This document shows positions 29,556-41,690 of a stretch of DNA of 64,000 nt, in pieces. Both the position numbers and the translations under genes were made by a program. This DNA is from an uncultured delta proteobacterium. Lineage in GTDB: Bacteria; Myxococcota; Myxococcia; Myxococcales; Myxococcaceae. The notes beneath the pieces are model-generated. The model saw nothing but the letters and a program-made list of their open reading frames with translations, did no database searches and was not told the DNA's origin. The stretch lies in NCBI GenBank assembly GCA_963776345.1, contig CAVZMH010000017.1:32001-96000 (forward strand). Reading direction: 5' to 3'. Numbering within the stretch: position 1 is the stretch's first letter; every line of letters starts with the position of its first letter.

Positions 29556-32500
29556 TCAGCGCGCGAGGACGAACGCGCAGACCGAGTCGAGCTGGAGCCG
29601 CAGGCCGTGGAGCGCCTCGACGAGGGTGCGGTGGTAGGCACGCTCCTCGGTGAGCTGCGCGTCGATGGCCGCCGGCGTCAGGCCCTGGTGCCGGAGCGCC
29701 CGCTCCATCCGTGCGAGCACCCGGTCGCGCTCGTCCTCGAGCTTCTTCCGGGCCTCGGCCTGGAGCATCTCGAGCTGTGCGCTGGCAGCCCGCATCGCCT
29801 CTGCCATCCCCGGGTCGACGAAGGCCGCCAGGTCGGGGAAGGCGGCGCGGATCTGGTCTCCCTGCAGCGAGCGCCCCTCCTCCCGGTCGAGGAGCTCGAG
29901 CAGCCTGGGCTCGAGGCCCGGTGACCCGTCGGGTCGCGCCGTCACCGCCACCCGGAGGAGGCTCCGGTCGAGCACGCGGGAGAGCTGGCGCGAGGGCACC
30001 CGGGCTCCGGGGCTCGTGTCCTCGGGCTCCGGCGGCACGACGTGGAACAGGACCTCGAGCCCCCGCGCGGCCGCGCCGCGGTGCTGGATGGCGCGGCAGC
30101 CGTTGCGTCCGTAGGGCCCGTCGCGCAGAAACCCGAACAGCGCCTCGACGATGGGATGCCCGGTGGCGAAGAAGTCGATCTCCTCCTGCTCCACGGCCGT
30201 GTCGCGCCAGAAGGTGCCGAGCACGGTGCGCTCCTCGCCGAGCTGCAGCCCGGGCAGCGCCTCCACTTTGAGCGCGTGCCCGAAGTGGAACGCGCACTGG
30301 AACGCGTCCACCTGCTCGTCGGTGTCGACCCCGATGCCCACCTTGCGCGCCAGCTCGGTGACCGACTCCTCGAGGCGCTCGTCGAGGTCGCGGGCGATGG
30401 CCCAGAGCCCGTCCTCGAGCGAGCCATCCTCGGCGGCCTCGAGGCCGATCCGGACGCGGGCACGCTCGACCAGGGCCTCCACCGCCGCCCGGTCGAAGCT
30501 GCGCTCGTCGAGCAGCGGGTCGTAGGCCCGGCGGATGGCGCTGCGGGCCTCGGCGACGCGGGCGGCGAGGGTGGTACGGTACTCGGCCCGCTCGGCGGGC
30601 GTGGCCAGGGCGAGATCGAGGATGCGTGGCTCGACCTCCTCCAGCACCGCGTCCAGCCCGCCCACCGTCTCGCCGAAGACGCCCACCGCGTCGGCGAGGA
30701 GGGTGAGCACGTCGGAGGCGAGCGTGCCCCGGACGTCGAAGACGTGGATGTCCACCGGCTGCGTCTGGCCGATGCGGTCGAGCCGGCCGATGCGCTGCTC
30801 CATGGTGGCCGGGCTCCAGGGCAGGTCGTAGTTCACCAGGTGGTGCGCGAACTGGAAGTTGCGACCCTCGCCGCCCACCTCGGTGCAGAGGAGAAGCCGC
30901 GGCCCGTCGGGATCGCGGAAGCGGGCCACCTGCCGGTCGCGCTCCACCAGCGGGAGGTCGCCGTGGTAGCCGAGCGCCTCGACGCCGTCGCCCGAGAGCA
31001 GCGAGCGGAGGCTCTCCAGCGTCGCCAGCGCCTCGGTGAACAGCAGCACCTTCGCCTCGGGCTCGTCCTCCCAGATGTCGGCCAGCAGCGCCCGAAGCGC
31101 CAGGTACTTCGCGTCGCGCGCCGGGAGAGTGGGGGGCGAGGGGAGGACGCCGCTCGCGGCCTGGGCGAAGGCGGCGGGCGAGGAGTCGAGGCGGCGGAGG
31201 AGGCCGGCGAGCGCCGCGCCCCGGACCGAGCCCGAGCGCACGGCACCGAGCACGGCATCGCGGGCGACCAGCTCGCTCTCCGGCGGCTCGACGACGTGCC
31301 GGTGGAGGCGCCGGGCGCTGAACCCGCCCACCCGCGCGCGGCGGTTGCGGATCAGCGCCTCCGAGAGGCTGTAGGTCTCGGCGAGGTGGGCCAGCAGCGC
31401 CTCGCGACCACGGAGCGTGGCCAAGGCGGCGTCGTCGGGGAAGCGGGCCCGGAGGGCGGTGACGGCCGTCGCGGCCTCGGCGTCGCTGCCCTCCAGCAGG
31501 GCGCGGACAGTGCGCGAGAGCGCCTCCTGCCGGTCGATGCGGGCCCGGAAGGCGTCGGCGTCGGGCGCGGTCACCGGGTCGAGCAGGGTGAGCAGCGCGC
31601 GGTACTCGTCCGGGTCGAGCTGCATCGGCGTGGCGGTGAGCAGCAGAAGTCCCCAGGTACGCGAGGCGAGCGCCTGGATGGCGGCGAACGCCTTCTCGCC
31701 CCGGAGGTGGTGCGCCTCGTCCACGATGACCAGGTCCCAGCCCGCGGCGGCCGCCTCCTGGACCTCCTCGGGTGAGCGCGAGAGGAGCTCGAGGCTGGTG
31801 ACCACCCGCGGGAACCGCTCCCAGGGCGAGGTGTCCGGCTCCTCGCGGCGACTCCGGGCCAGGCGGTCGCCGTCGACCAGGGTGAAGAGCTGCTGGAACT
31901 TGTGGAACAGCTCGGCGAGCCACTGGACGGTGAGGTGGCTGGGGGCGACCACCAGGACCCGGGCCGCGAGCCCGGAGAGGCGCAGCGCGGAGAAGATCAT
32001 CCCCGCCTCGATGGTCTTGCCGAGGCCCACCTCGTCGGCGAGCACGAACCGGGGACGGCGGGCGGACAGCACCCGCTGGACCACACCGACCTGGTGCGGC
32101 TTCACCATCACCCGGCTGGCGAGCAGCGCACCGAGCGCGTCGTTCCTCCGCTCCTCGTCGAGGGTGAGTGCCTGGCGGCGGAGGAGGAAGGCGCGCGCGT
32201 CGGCCACCCGGCCCTCACGCAACATGGTGAGGAGGTCGGTGACCGGGACGGGCGCCTGCACCTCGGACTCCGGGAGCTCGTCGTCGGTCCCGTCCTCGTA
32301 GCGAAGGACGTAGCGGCGCAGCCCGCGGCCGCCGGCCTCCTCGCCGGTGATGGTGGCCGCCTTGCCCTTCGCGGTGCGGACCCGGTCGCCCGGGACGAAC
32401 GGATGTGCCACCAGCGCGTTGCCCCGCGTGGAGACGAGCGTGGCCTGCGACCGGCCGGGGAAGAGAACCTCGGCCACGGCGCCGCCCTCGAGGGTGCGGA

Positions 32501-32567
32501 CGAGATGGCCCACGCCCCATTCGGGCTGCAGGACGTAGCGAACCTTCATGCCCGGGACGAACGCCAC
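29556..32567 (-). CDS. SNF2-family helicase, RapA/HepA-like
   Basis: 'VLADEVGLGKTIE', DEAHH, 'LLLTATP', 'GGEGRNFQ', 'DLPW.P..MEQRIGRLDRIGQ'. N-terminal tandem Tudor-like segments as in RapA. Confidence 0.9.
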   Translation of the reverse strand: MAFVPGMKVRYVLQPEWGVGHLVRTLEGGAVAEVLFPGRSQATLVSTRGNALVAHPFVPGDRVRTAKGKAATITGEEAGGRGLRRYVLRYEDGTDDELPESEVQAPVPVTDLLTMLREGRVADARAFLLRRQALTLDEERRNDALGALLASRVMVKPHQVGVVQRVLSARRPRFVLADEVGLGKTIEAGMIFSALRLSGLAARVLVVAPSHLTVQWLAELFHKFQQLFTLVDGDRLARSRREEPDTSPWERFPRVVTSLELLSRSPEEVQEAAAAGWDLVIVDEAHHLRGEKAFAAIQALASRTWGLLLLTATPMQLDPDEYRALLTLLDPVTAPDADAFRARIDRQEALSRTVRALLEGSDAEAATAVTALRARFPDDAALATLRGREALLAHLAETYSLSEALIRNRRARVGGFSARRLHRHVVEPPESELVARDAVLGAVRSGSVRGAALAGLLRRLDSSPAAFAQAASGVLPSPPTLPARDAKYLALRALLADIWEDEPEAKVLLFTEALATLESLRSLLSGDGVEALGYHGDLPLVERDRQVARFRDPDGPRLLLCTEVGGEGRNFQFAHHLVNYDLPWSPATMEQRIGRLDRIGQTQPVDIHVFDVRGTLASDVLTLLADAVGVFGETVGGLDAVLEEVEPRILDLALATPAERAEYRTTLAARVAEARSAIRRAYDPLLDERSFDRAAVEALVERARVRIGLEAAEDGSLEDGLWAIARDLDERLEESVTELARKVGIGVDTDEQVDAFQCAFHFGHALKVEALPGLQLGEERTVLGTFWRDTAVEQEEIDFFATGHPIVEALFGFLRDGPYGRNGCRAIQHRGAAARGLEVLFHVVPPEPEDTSPGARVPSRQLSRVLDRSLLRVAVTARPDGSPGLEPRLLELLDREEGRSLQGDQIRAAFPDLAAFVDPGMAEAMRAASAQLEMLQAEARKKLEDERDRVLARMERALRHQGLTPAAIDAQLTEERAYHRTLVEALHGLRLQLDSVCAFVLAR

Positions 32568-32696
32568 GGGCAGGCGTTTGCTCCGCTTCGGGCACGCACG
32601 CAAGCGTCGTGGACGGCCCGGCGCGAGTCTGACGTACGACTCCGGTCGCACTTGCGTCGCGTGGCCGGAGCACGCCCCTCCGGGGGAGGTCCGGGG

Positions 32697-32740
32697 GAGG
32701 TGTCAAACACCTCGTTACCAGGTGCCAGGCACCTCGTCAC
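32697..32740 (+). repeat. Two tandem 22-nt palindromic REP-like units
   Basis: GAGGTGTCAAACACCTCGTTAC followed by CAGGTGCCAGGCACCTCGTCAC. Confidence 0.7.
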
Positions 32741-32807
32741 CAACCGCGTGACCACGGAGCGACCCGGCGGGGCGGACCTGAACGGCGGCGAGGACCGGCG
32801 GCGTCCC

Positions 32808-34118
32808 TCAGCGATCGGCCTGCCCGGCAGACCCGGGCGTCGACTGCTGCTGCGGCTTGAGCCCGTGGAGGGTCAGCGCGTTCTCCCGGAGCACTCCCTT
32901 GCCGATCTCCAGCGCCTGCGCCCTGGTGATGAGCCCGTCACTGATCATCCGCGAGAGGGCCAGCGACAGCGCCGCCCGGGTCGTCTCGGCGCCGAGGAAG
33001 GTGAGCTCGGGCCAGCGCAGCTGCGGCGCGCTCGGGTCGGAGGCCGCATCGGTGGCGAAGCAGACGCGCTCCGGGGCGAGCTCGAACCAGCGCCGGAGCG
33101 ACTCGCCCAGCTCGGTCGGCGAGCGCACCAGGTCCTGCACGCTCACGTCCGCGTAGACGTTGGGCCGGAGCAGCAGGGGCCCGGTCTCCTTGTCGAACGG
33201 GAAGCCGCCGTGGACCAGGAGCCACCTGGTCTTCTGGAGCGTCGGATCGGCCATCGCCGACCCGAGCAGGATCGGATTGCCGTTGCCCACGATGCCGGTG
33301 GCGTCGCGCGACATGCCGGTCTTGATGTGCACCACCAGCCCGACCCGCCCGGCCTCGCGCGCGAGGTACCGGAAGGTGTAGTCCTGGAAGGCCTTGAGGT
33401 CCGCCGGGCTGGCGCCGAACTCGCCACCGACGACCAGCCGGCCGTAGGCGGAGCGCGCGGCCTCGGCGTTCACCTGGTCGAAGTCGAGCCCGCGCCATGC
33501 GGAGACGCCGAGGTCGATGCCCACCGCACCGTCGGCGACCCAGCGCTCGAGCGCGCCGGTCACCACCTTGCCCAGGTACTCGTCGAGCCCCTTGGGCAAG
33601 GTGTACATCCGCGCGGCGATGAAGAACGGCTTCAGCGCCTCGGCCGAATCCTGGGCGAACGGCCGGAGGAAGACGTCGGCCCGGGGCACGAAGCGGAAGC
33701 GCGCCATGCCCTTCCCGGTGAGCGGCTCGCCGGAGACGATGGCCATCTCGATGTTCGCCTGGTCGAGCATGCGGTTGGAGAACTCGTCGCCGAGGTCCTC
33801 GACGAGCAGCTCGCGGGCCTGCTGCAGCGCGGCCATGTGCTTCTCGGAGGTGTCGGGGACGTTGACCTTGTAGAGCAGCTTCCAGGCGCGGGCCCACTCG
33901 GGGCCCACGCCGCGGAGGCGGAGGGGGAGCTCGGCCGCGTTGCGCTGCTGGGCGAGCGCCTTTCCCGCCGGCTCCACGCGGTTGATCAGGAGGTGGGAGT
34001 GGGCGTCCACCGCCTTGACCTTGGCCAGCTCGGCCAGGAGCCCGCGATCGGCCGACTGGGCGAGGACGGTGGAGGGCAGGACGACGGCGACGAGGAGCGG
34101 AGCGAGCCGGCGGACCAT
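32808..34118 (-). CDS. Secreted amidohydrolase-family protein
   Basis: Signal peptide, 'VDAHSH', 'LVHGGFP', 'NVYADVS', 'FATDA'. Confidence 0.8.
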   Translation of the reverse strand: MVRRLAPLLVAVVLPSTVLAQSADRGLLAELAKVKAVDAHSHLLINRVEPAGKALAQQRNAAELPLRLRGVGPEWARAWKLLYKVNVPDTSEKHMAALQQARELLVEDLGDEFSNRMLDQANIEMAIVSGEPLTGKGMARFRFVPRADVFLRPFAQDSAEALKPFFIAARMYTLPKGLDEYLGKVVTGALERWVADGAVGIDLGVSAWRGLDFDQVNAEAARSAYGRLVVGGEFGASPADLKAFQDYTFRYLAREAGRVGLVVHIKTGMSRDATGIVGNGNPILLGSAMADPTLQKTRWLLVHGGFPFDKETGPLLLRPNVYADVSVQDLVRSPTELGESLRRWFELAPERVCFATDAASDPSAPQLRWPELTFLGAETTRAALSLALSRMISDGLITRAQALEIGKGVLRENALTLHGLKPQQQSTPGSAGQADR

Positions 34119-34164
34119 GGGTCGCAAGCCTCTCACGGCTCCCCCACCCTCGCCATCCGGCGCC

Positions 34165-35463
34165 TCAGCCGAGCAGCGGGATCAGGCTCCGGTAGAAGGG
34201 ACGGAAGTCGCCGCGCGCGCCGAGCAGGCGGAGGTTCTGCTGCAGGCCGCCGAACGCGCGGAAGAACATCACCCCCTCCGCGGGCGGACGGATCTTCAGG
34301 AACTGCGCGGCGTGCCGGGCGAAGAGCTTCCGGCTGTCGGGGGCCATGGTGTCGTGTGCGTAGTCGTAGTCGTCGGTGCGCAGCGCGCGGCCCGCGAGGT
34401 GGATCATCTTCTCGAGCAGCGGGCGCGCCTCGTCGTCCGGCACGTCGACCGTGAAGCCGACCCGCCGCACCAGCGCCAGCACGTCGATGGGCTGCTGCTC
34501 GAGGACGAGGCGGAAGACGTCGCGGTGCCCCTCGAAGAACTCGCGGCTGAAGCGCTTCACGCTCCCGAAGTCGAGGACTCCGAGGCGCCCGTCGGGCATG
34601 ACCATGAAGTTCCCCGGGTGCGGATCGGCGTGCACCGTGCCGTCCACGAGGAACGAGCCGTGGATGGCGCGGATGAGCTGGCCCGAGACCCGCAGCCGTT
34701 CGGCGTTGTCCGGGTGCGAGGTGAGGAAGGTCTTCAGAGTGTGCCCGGGCAGGAACTGCATCGTCAGCACCCGGGTGCTGGTGCGCTCGACGACGATCTC
34801 CGGGATGACGATGTCCGGAAGGCCGGCAGAGGCCTGGGCGAAGTCGCGGGCGAGGCGGCCCTCGCGGCTGTAGTCGAGCTCGTGGGCCAGCTCCTCGGCC
34901 AGCTCACGGAAGTACTGCCGCCCGTCGAGCGCCCGGTGGGTCAGGGCCATGGTCCTCACCACCAGGCCCAGATTGTCGATGTCGCTCCGGAGCGCCCGAT
35001 CGATGCCCGGGTACTGGATCTTCACCACCACCTCACGGCCGTCGTGCAGCCGGGCGCGGTGGACCTGCCCCAGGCTGGCAGCGGCCATCGGCTCGCGGCG
35101 GAACTCGGCGAAGAGCGCGTCGGGGCTGCCGCCCAGCTCGTCCTCGATGACCTGGGCCACCCGCTCGAACGGCATGGGCGGGGCCTCGTTCTGCAGCCGG
35201 GCGAGCACGGCGCGGATCTCGGGCGGGAAGAGGTCGACGTCCATGCTGGCCGCCTGGCCGAGCTTCATCGCCGCGCCCTTCAGGTCGCCGAGCGTCTCCA
35301 CCAGCCTCTCGGCGGTGCCCATCGACATGCTGGTCGGGTCGAACCCGGCCAGCCGCTTCACCCCGCGGGTGAGGGCGTCGCTGCCGAGCTGGGCGCCCAG
35401 GCCGGCCAGCTTGCGCAGCCGCGCGAGGCGTGAGGACGGCGGCCCGTCCGGTTGCTTGGCCAT
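34165..35463 (-). CDS. ABC1/UbiB/AarF atypical kinase
   Basis: 'KGAAMKLGQ', 'AAASLGQVHRA', 'VVVKIQYPG', 'ELDY..E', 'HADPHPGN', 'LDFG'. Confidence 0.93.
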   Translation of the reverse strand: MAKQPDGPPSSRLARLRKLAGLGAQLGSDALTRGVKRLAGFDPTSMSMGTAERLVETLGDLKGAAMKLGQAASMDVDLFPPEIRAVLARLQNEAPPMPFERVAQVIEDELGGSPDALFAEFRREPMAAASLGQVHRARLHDGREVVVKIQYPGIDRALRSDIDNLGLVVRTMALTHRALDGRQYFRELAEELAHELDYSREGRLARDFAQASAGLPDIVIPEIVVERTSTRVLTMQFLPGHTLKTFLTSHPDNAERLRVSGQLIRAIHGSFLVDGTVHADPHPGNFMVMPDGRLGVLDFGSVKRFSREFFEGHRDVFRLVLEQQPIDVLALVRRVGFTVDVPDDEARPLLEKMIHLAGRALRTDDYDYAHDTMAPDSRKLFARHAAQFLKIRPPAEGVMFFRAFGGLQQNLRLLGARGDFRPFYRSLIPLLG

Positions 35464-35571
35464 TTGGTCCGGGCGACATAACGACCGACCCGTCGGGACG
35501 CGGTCCGATGTCGAAGGGCCGCTGATGCCAGCATGTCGTCGGGGCGAGGGACCGTGCTACGCCAGCGCGCG

Positions 35572-36858
35572 ATGGAGCGGTCGGGACAGGCGTCGGGGCC
35601 GGAGAGCTGGGGCCGGTACCCCCGGGTGGCGCAAGAGGCATGGCCGCTGGCGTGGGCGGACGATCCGCTCCCCTCCGGCGCGCCGGTGCTGGCGTACGGG
35701 ATGGGCCGCAGCTACGGCGACAGCTGCCTGAACGCCGACGGGCCGGTGCTCCTGACGCGCGCGCTGAGGCGCTTCCTGTCGTTCGACGCGGACGCCGGGG
35801 TGCTACGGGCCGAGGCGGGCACCTCGCTCGGAGAGGTGACCGAGCTGGCCCTGGGCAAGGGGTGGCTGCCACCGGTATTGCCGGGGACGCAGTTCGTCAC
35901 CCTGGGCGGGGCGGTGGCGAACGACATCCACGGCAAGAACCACCACCGGGCCGGCGCGTTCGGGCGGTACGTCCGGGCGCTGGGGCTCCGGCGGAGCGAC
36001 GGGAGCGTCCACGCGCTCCACGCGGGCGAGCCGCTGTTCGAGGCCACGGTGGCGGGGCTCGGGCTGACCGGGCTCATCACCTGGGTGGAGCTCCAGCTCG
36101 AGCGGGTGCCGAGCGGGTGGGTGGAGGCGGAGGCGGTGCGCTTCCGCTCGCTCGACGAGCTGGAGGCGCTAGACGACGTGGCGCGAGCGACGCACGCCTA
36201 CACGGTGGCCTGGATCGACGGGCTTGCGCGGGGCCGGGCGCTGGGGCGCGGCGTGTACTTCCGGGGCAACCTGGCCGAGGGACCCGCGACCCCGCCGCGG
36301 CGCCCGAGCCCGAGGAACGTCCCGCTCGAGGCACCGGATTTTCTCATGTCGCCGCTCCTCCTCCGCGCCTTCAACGCGCTCTACGACCACCTGCCGCGGG
36401 GGCGCTCGCGCGCCTCGGTGTGGAAGTTCTTCCATCCGCTCGACGCGCTCGGGGGCTGGAACCGTCTCTACGGGCGGCGCGGCTTCTTCCAGCACCAGTC
36501 GGTGGTGCCGGACATGGAGGGCGTGCGGGCGCTGCTCGCGCTGACGTCGACGCGAGGGCAGGGCGCGTTCCTCTCGGTGCTGAAGCGCTTCGGCTCGCTG
36601 TCCTCGCCCGGGATGCTGTCGTTCCCGCGCCCGGGATGGACGCTCGCCCTGGACGTGCCGAACCGTGGCGAGGAGACGCTGGCCTACCTCGACGAGATGG
36701 ACGCGGCGGTGCGGACCTACGGCGGGGCGATGTACCCCGCCAAGGACGCGCGGATGTCGGGCGAGACCTTCCGGCTCGGGTATCCGCGACTGGACGCGTT
36801 CGCGGCGTTCGTCGACCCGGGGTTCCGCTCCCGCTTTTGGGCCCGGGTGATGGGATGA
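35572..36858 (+). CDS. FAD-linked oxidoreductase, DprE1-like (decaprenylphosphoryl-ribose 2'-oxidase)
   Basis: 'GMGRSYGD', 'PGTQFVTLGGAVANDIHGKNHH..G.FG', 'PLD...WNRLYG..GF.Q.Q', 'VLKRFG', 'LSFP..G.TLALD', 'YPAKD'. Confidence 0.88.
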   Translation: MERSGQASGPESWGRYPRVAQEAWPLAWADDPLPSGAPVLAYGMGRSYGDSCLNADGPVLLTRALRRFLSFDADAGVLRAEAGTSLGEVTELALGKGWLPPVLPGTQFVTLGGAVANDIHGKNHHRAGAFGRYVRALGLRRSDGSVHALHAGEPLFEATVAGLGLTGLITWVELQLERVPSGWVEAEAVRFRSLDELEALDDVARATHAYTVAWIDGLARGRALGRGVYFRGNLAEGPATPPRRPSPRNVPLEAPDFLMSPLLLRAFNALYDHLPRGRSRASVWKFFHPLDALGGWNRLYGRRGFFQHQSVVPDMEGVRALLALTSTRGQGAFLSVLKRFGSLSSPGMLSFPRPGWTLALDVPNRGEETLAYLDEMDAAVRTYGGAMYPAKDARMSGETFRLGYPRLDAFAAFVDPGFRSRFWARVMG

Positions 36859-37604
36859 GCGCGCCCCGCCGGGTGCTCGTGCTCGGGGCGACGAGCGGCA
36901 TCGCCCAGGCGGTGGCCCGGGTGTACGCGGCGGACGGAGCACGGCTGGCGCTGGTGGCGCGCTCGGCGGAGCACCTGGCTGCGGTGGCGAGCGACCTCGC
37001 GGTGCGGGGCGCGGAGGTGGTGCTGCAGCGGACCGCCGACTTCCGTGAGCTCGAGCGGCACCGGAGGCTGATGTCCGAGGCCGAGGCGGCGCTGGACGGG
37101 CTCGACGTGGTGCTGGTGGCGCAGGGCGTCCTGCCGGACCAGCAGTCCTGTCAGGACGACCCGCGGCGAGCGGTGGCCTCGTGGGAGGTGAACTTCGTCA
37201 GCGCCGCGAGCCTGATGGAGGCCGCGGCCGAGCGGATGGCCGTGGCGCGCCGGGGGACGCTCGGCGTGCTCTCCAGCGTCGCGGGAGAACGGGGCCGCGC
37301 GGACAACTACGTGTACGGCGCGTCGAAGGCGGCGCTGACCGCCTACGCGGGCGGACTCGGTCACCGGCTCCGGGGCTCCGGGGTCACCGTGGTGACCATC
37401 AAGCCGGGACCGGTGGACACGCCGATGACCGCTGGCCGGAAACGCACTCCCCGGCTGGTGGCCGACGTGGACGTGGTGGGCCGACGCATCCACGGGGCCC
37501 TCGAGCGCGGCGCGCGGATGCTCTACGTGCCCGGGAAGTGGCGCTGGATCATGGCCGTGATCCGGGTGCTCCCCATCCGCCTGTTCGAGCGGCTCAAGTT
37601 CTAG
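36855..37604 (+). CDS. SDR oxidoreductase, DprE2-like
   Basis: 'LGATSGIA', 'SSVAGERGRADNYVYGASKA' (YxxxK), 'KPGPVDTPMT'. ATGA-coupled to the DprE1-like gene. Confidence 0.88.
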   Translation: MSAPRRVLVLGATSGIAQAVARVYAADGARLALVARSAEHLAAVASDLAVRGAEVVLQRTADFRELERHRRLMSEAEAALDGLDVVLVAQGVLPDQQSCQDDPRRAVASWEVNFVSAASLMEAAAERMAVARRGTLGVLSSVAGERGRADNYVYGASKAALTAYAGGLGHRLRGSGVTVVTIKPGPVDTPMTAGRKRTPRLVADVDVVGRRIHGALERGARMLYVPGKWRWIMAVIRVLPIRLFERLKF

Positions 37605-37644
37605 AGCGCTCCGGAGCGGAGCTCGACCGCCCCGCCACGAGCTG

Positions 37645-37699
37645 CTCGTCACGAGGCTCGTAACTCGTAACGAGGCCGTAACGAGGTGTTTGACACCTC
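37645..37699 (-). repeat. REP-like unit (exact reverse complement of 32697-32718) plus degenerate CGTAACGAGG stutters
   Basis: 37678-37699 = GTAACGAGGTGTTTGACACCTC, preceded by CTCGTCACGAGG, CTCGTAAC and TCGTAACGAGG. Confidence 0.7.
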
Positions 37700-37761
37700 G
37701 GAGAGAGCTCCAACGCCTTGATCTCCTTTGCTTTTCAGACCACCGCCTCGGCCCTGATTAG

Positions 37762-37790
37762 TTGACAGTACATCCTGTCTTGACGATAGT
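37762..37790 (+). promoter_or_regulatory. sigma70-type promoter with overlapping operator palindrome
   Basis: TTGACA-N17-GATAGT with GACAG-N6-CTGTC dyad inside; ATG follows 7 nt after the -10. Confidence 0.55.
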
Positions 37791-37797
37791 GCCGGTC

Positions 37798-38436
37798 ATG
37801 CATGCCGGCGGGCAGGCCTGGGTTGAGGTCGTCGACGCGCCCGGACCGGCCTCGGCGCTGCTGGATCCGGCCCGGCTCCGCATCTTGTCGGCGCTCCGGG
37901 AGCCCGACTCGAGCGCCGGCGTGGCCCGGACGCTCGGGCTGCCACGGCAGCGGGTGGGACACCACGTCCGGTCGCTCGAGGCCGCCGGGTTTCTCACCTG
38001 CGTGGGCGAGCGGAAGAAGCGGAACTGCGTGGAGCGGCTGCTCCAGGCCACCGCCCGCTCCTACGTCCTCGCGCCCCAGCTCCTCGGACAGCTCGGGCTC
38101 CCGGCCGACGGATTCCAGGACCGGTTCTCCAGCGCCTACCTGCTCGCCGCCGCCACCCGGGTGATCCAGGAGGTGAGCACGCTCCGGCCCCGCGCCGAGG
38201 CCGCCGGGAAGAAGCTCCCCACGCTCACGCTCCAGACCGAGGTGCGCTTCTCCTCGGCCCGCTCGCAGAACGAGTTCCTCGACGAGCTGCTCACCACCTT
38301 CGCGGAGCTCGTCGCGAAGCACCACCAGCCCGAGGCCGCCGCGGGCCGCTCGTTCCGGATCTCGCTCTTCGGACATCCGGCGCTCGCGACCTCGCCGCCC
38401 GCCGCGACTCCGCCACCCGAGGAGACGACGTCATGA
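37798..38436 (+). CDS. ArsR-like winged-helix transcriptional regulator
   Basis: 'LLDPARLRIL..LREP.S...VAR.LGLPRQRV.HHVR.LE..G', 'LPTLTLQTEVRF'. Confidence 0.88.
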   Translation: MHAGGQAWVEVVDAPGPASALLDPARLRILSALREPDSSAGVARTLGLPRQRVGHHVRSLEAAGFLTCVGERKKRNCVERLLQATARSYVLAPQLLGQLGLPADGFQDRFSSAYLLAAATRVIQEVSTLRPRAEAAGKKLPTLTLQTEVRFSSARSQNEFLDELLTTFAELVAKHHQPEAAAGRSFRISLFGHPALATSPPAATPPPEETTS

Positions 38437-38880
38437 GCACCCCGCCCGCGAAGCCGCCCCGCACTCTCACGCTCGAGGCCCTTCTCCCCGCCACGCCCGA
38501 GCAGCTGTCGCGGATGCTCACCGATCCCGCCGAGCTCGCGCGGTGGTTCGCGCCGTTCGTCGACGGTTCCGGACGGGTCGGTGACCTCCTGACCCTCGGC
38601 TGGGGCCCAGACGTCGTGTGGCGCACGCGCCTGGAGGCAATCGAGCCGGGCCGGCTCGTCCGCTGGCGCGACGCACCCCCCGAGGACCAGAAGAACGGGC
38701 CACCGGGGGGGATGGTGATCGAGTGGACGCTCACCGCCGAGCCCGGAGCCGGGCAGGACGGGGCCCGTCCAGACGGGCCTCTGGCTCAGCACCTGGAGCC
38801 TCGACCCCGGACGCCTGGACGCGGTCAGGGCGGGCCTCCGGGCGGTGGCGGACGCGGTGTTCGGTCCCGCGCCGGACTGA
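38433..38880 (+). pseudogene. SRPBCC/AHSA1-domain gene with internal deletion and frameshift
   Basis: N-terminal 'LTDP.ELARWFAP...LGWG...IEWTL' breaks near 38745. Another frame then gives a C-terminus 'EPGRTGPVQTGLWLSTWSLDP...VFGPAPD*'. Confidence 0.65.
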
Positions 38881-39120
38881 GCGACGGGCCTTGCCCCGGG
38901 GAGGCCTCGGGGCCGCTCATCGGGTCCAGCAGCCGCACCCCCCGACGTCCCAGGGGCCCCTGCGTCCAACACTTCTAGTCCGGGCCCGGGGTGTGCTATG
39001 CGCGCGCCCGCCACGGGAGGGGGGCTGAGCTCCCCGGATTCCCGCGGAACGAGGCTGCGCTGAAGCGTCCGCGCGAGGCGGGCGGCCAACCCCTCGATTT
39101 CCTCTCGAGGAGATGTGCAC

Positions 39121-41595
<2,475 letters not shown>

Positions 41596-41690
41596 CAGCC
41601 ACTCTCGCCTCACCGGCGCCCGGCCCGGAGCAACCATGCTCGAGGGCGGGCGTCGCCGGCTGCATGGCAGGCACGGTAAGCCCTGGACCC

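Noticed and set aside
29556..32567. Anti-phage SNF2 helicase (DISARM/Zorya-like)
   Set aside because: No methylase, nuclease or other defence neighbours; architecture fits RapA-like housekeeping.
37645..37699. Mini-CRISPR array
   Set aside because: Units are about 11-22 nt with no spacers and no cas genes; treated as REP-like.
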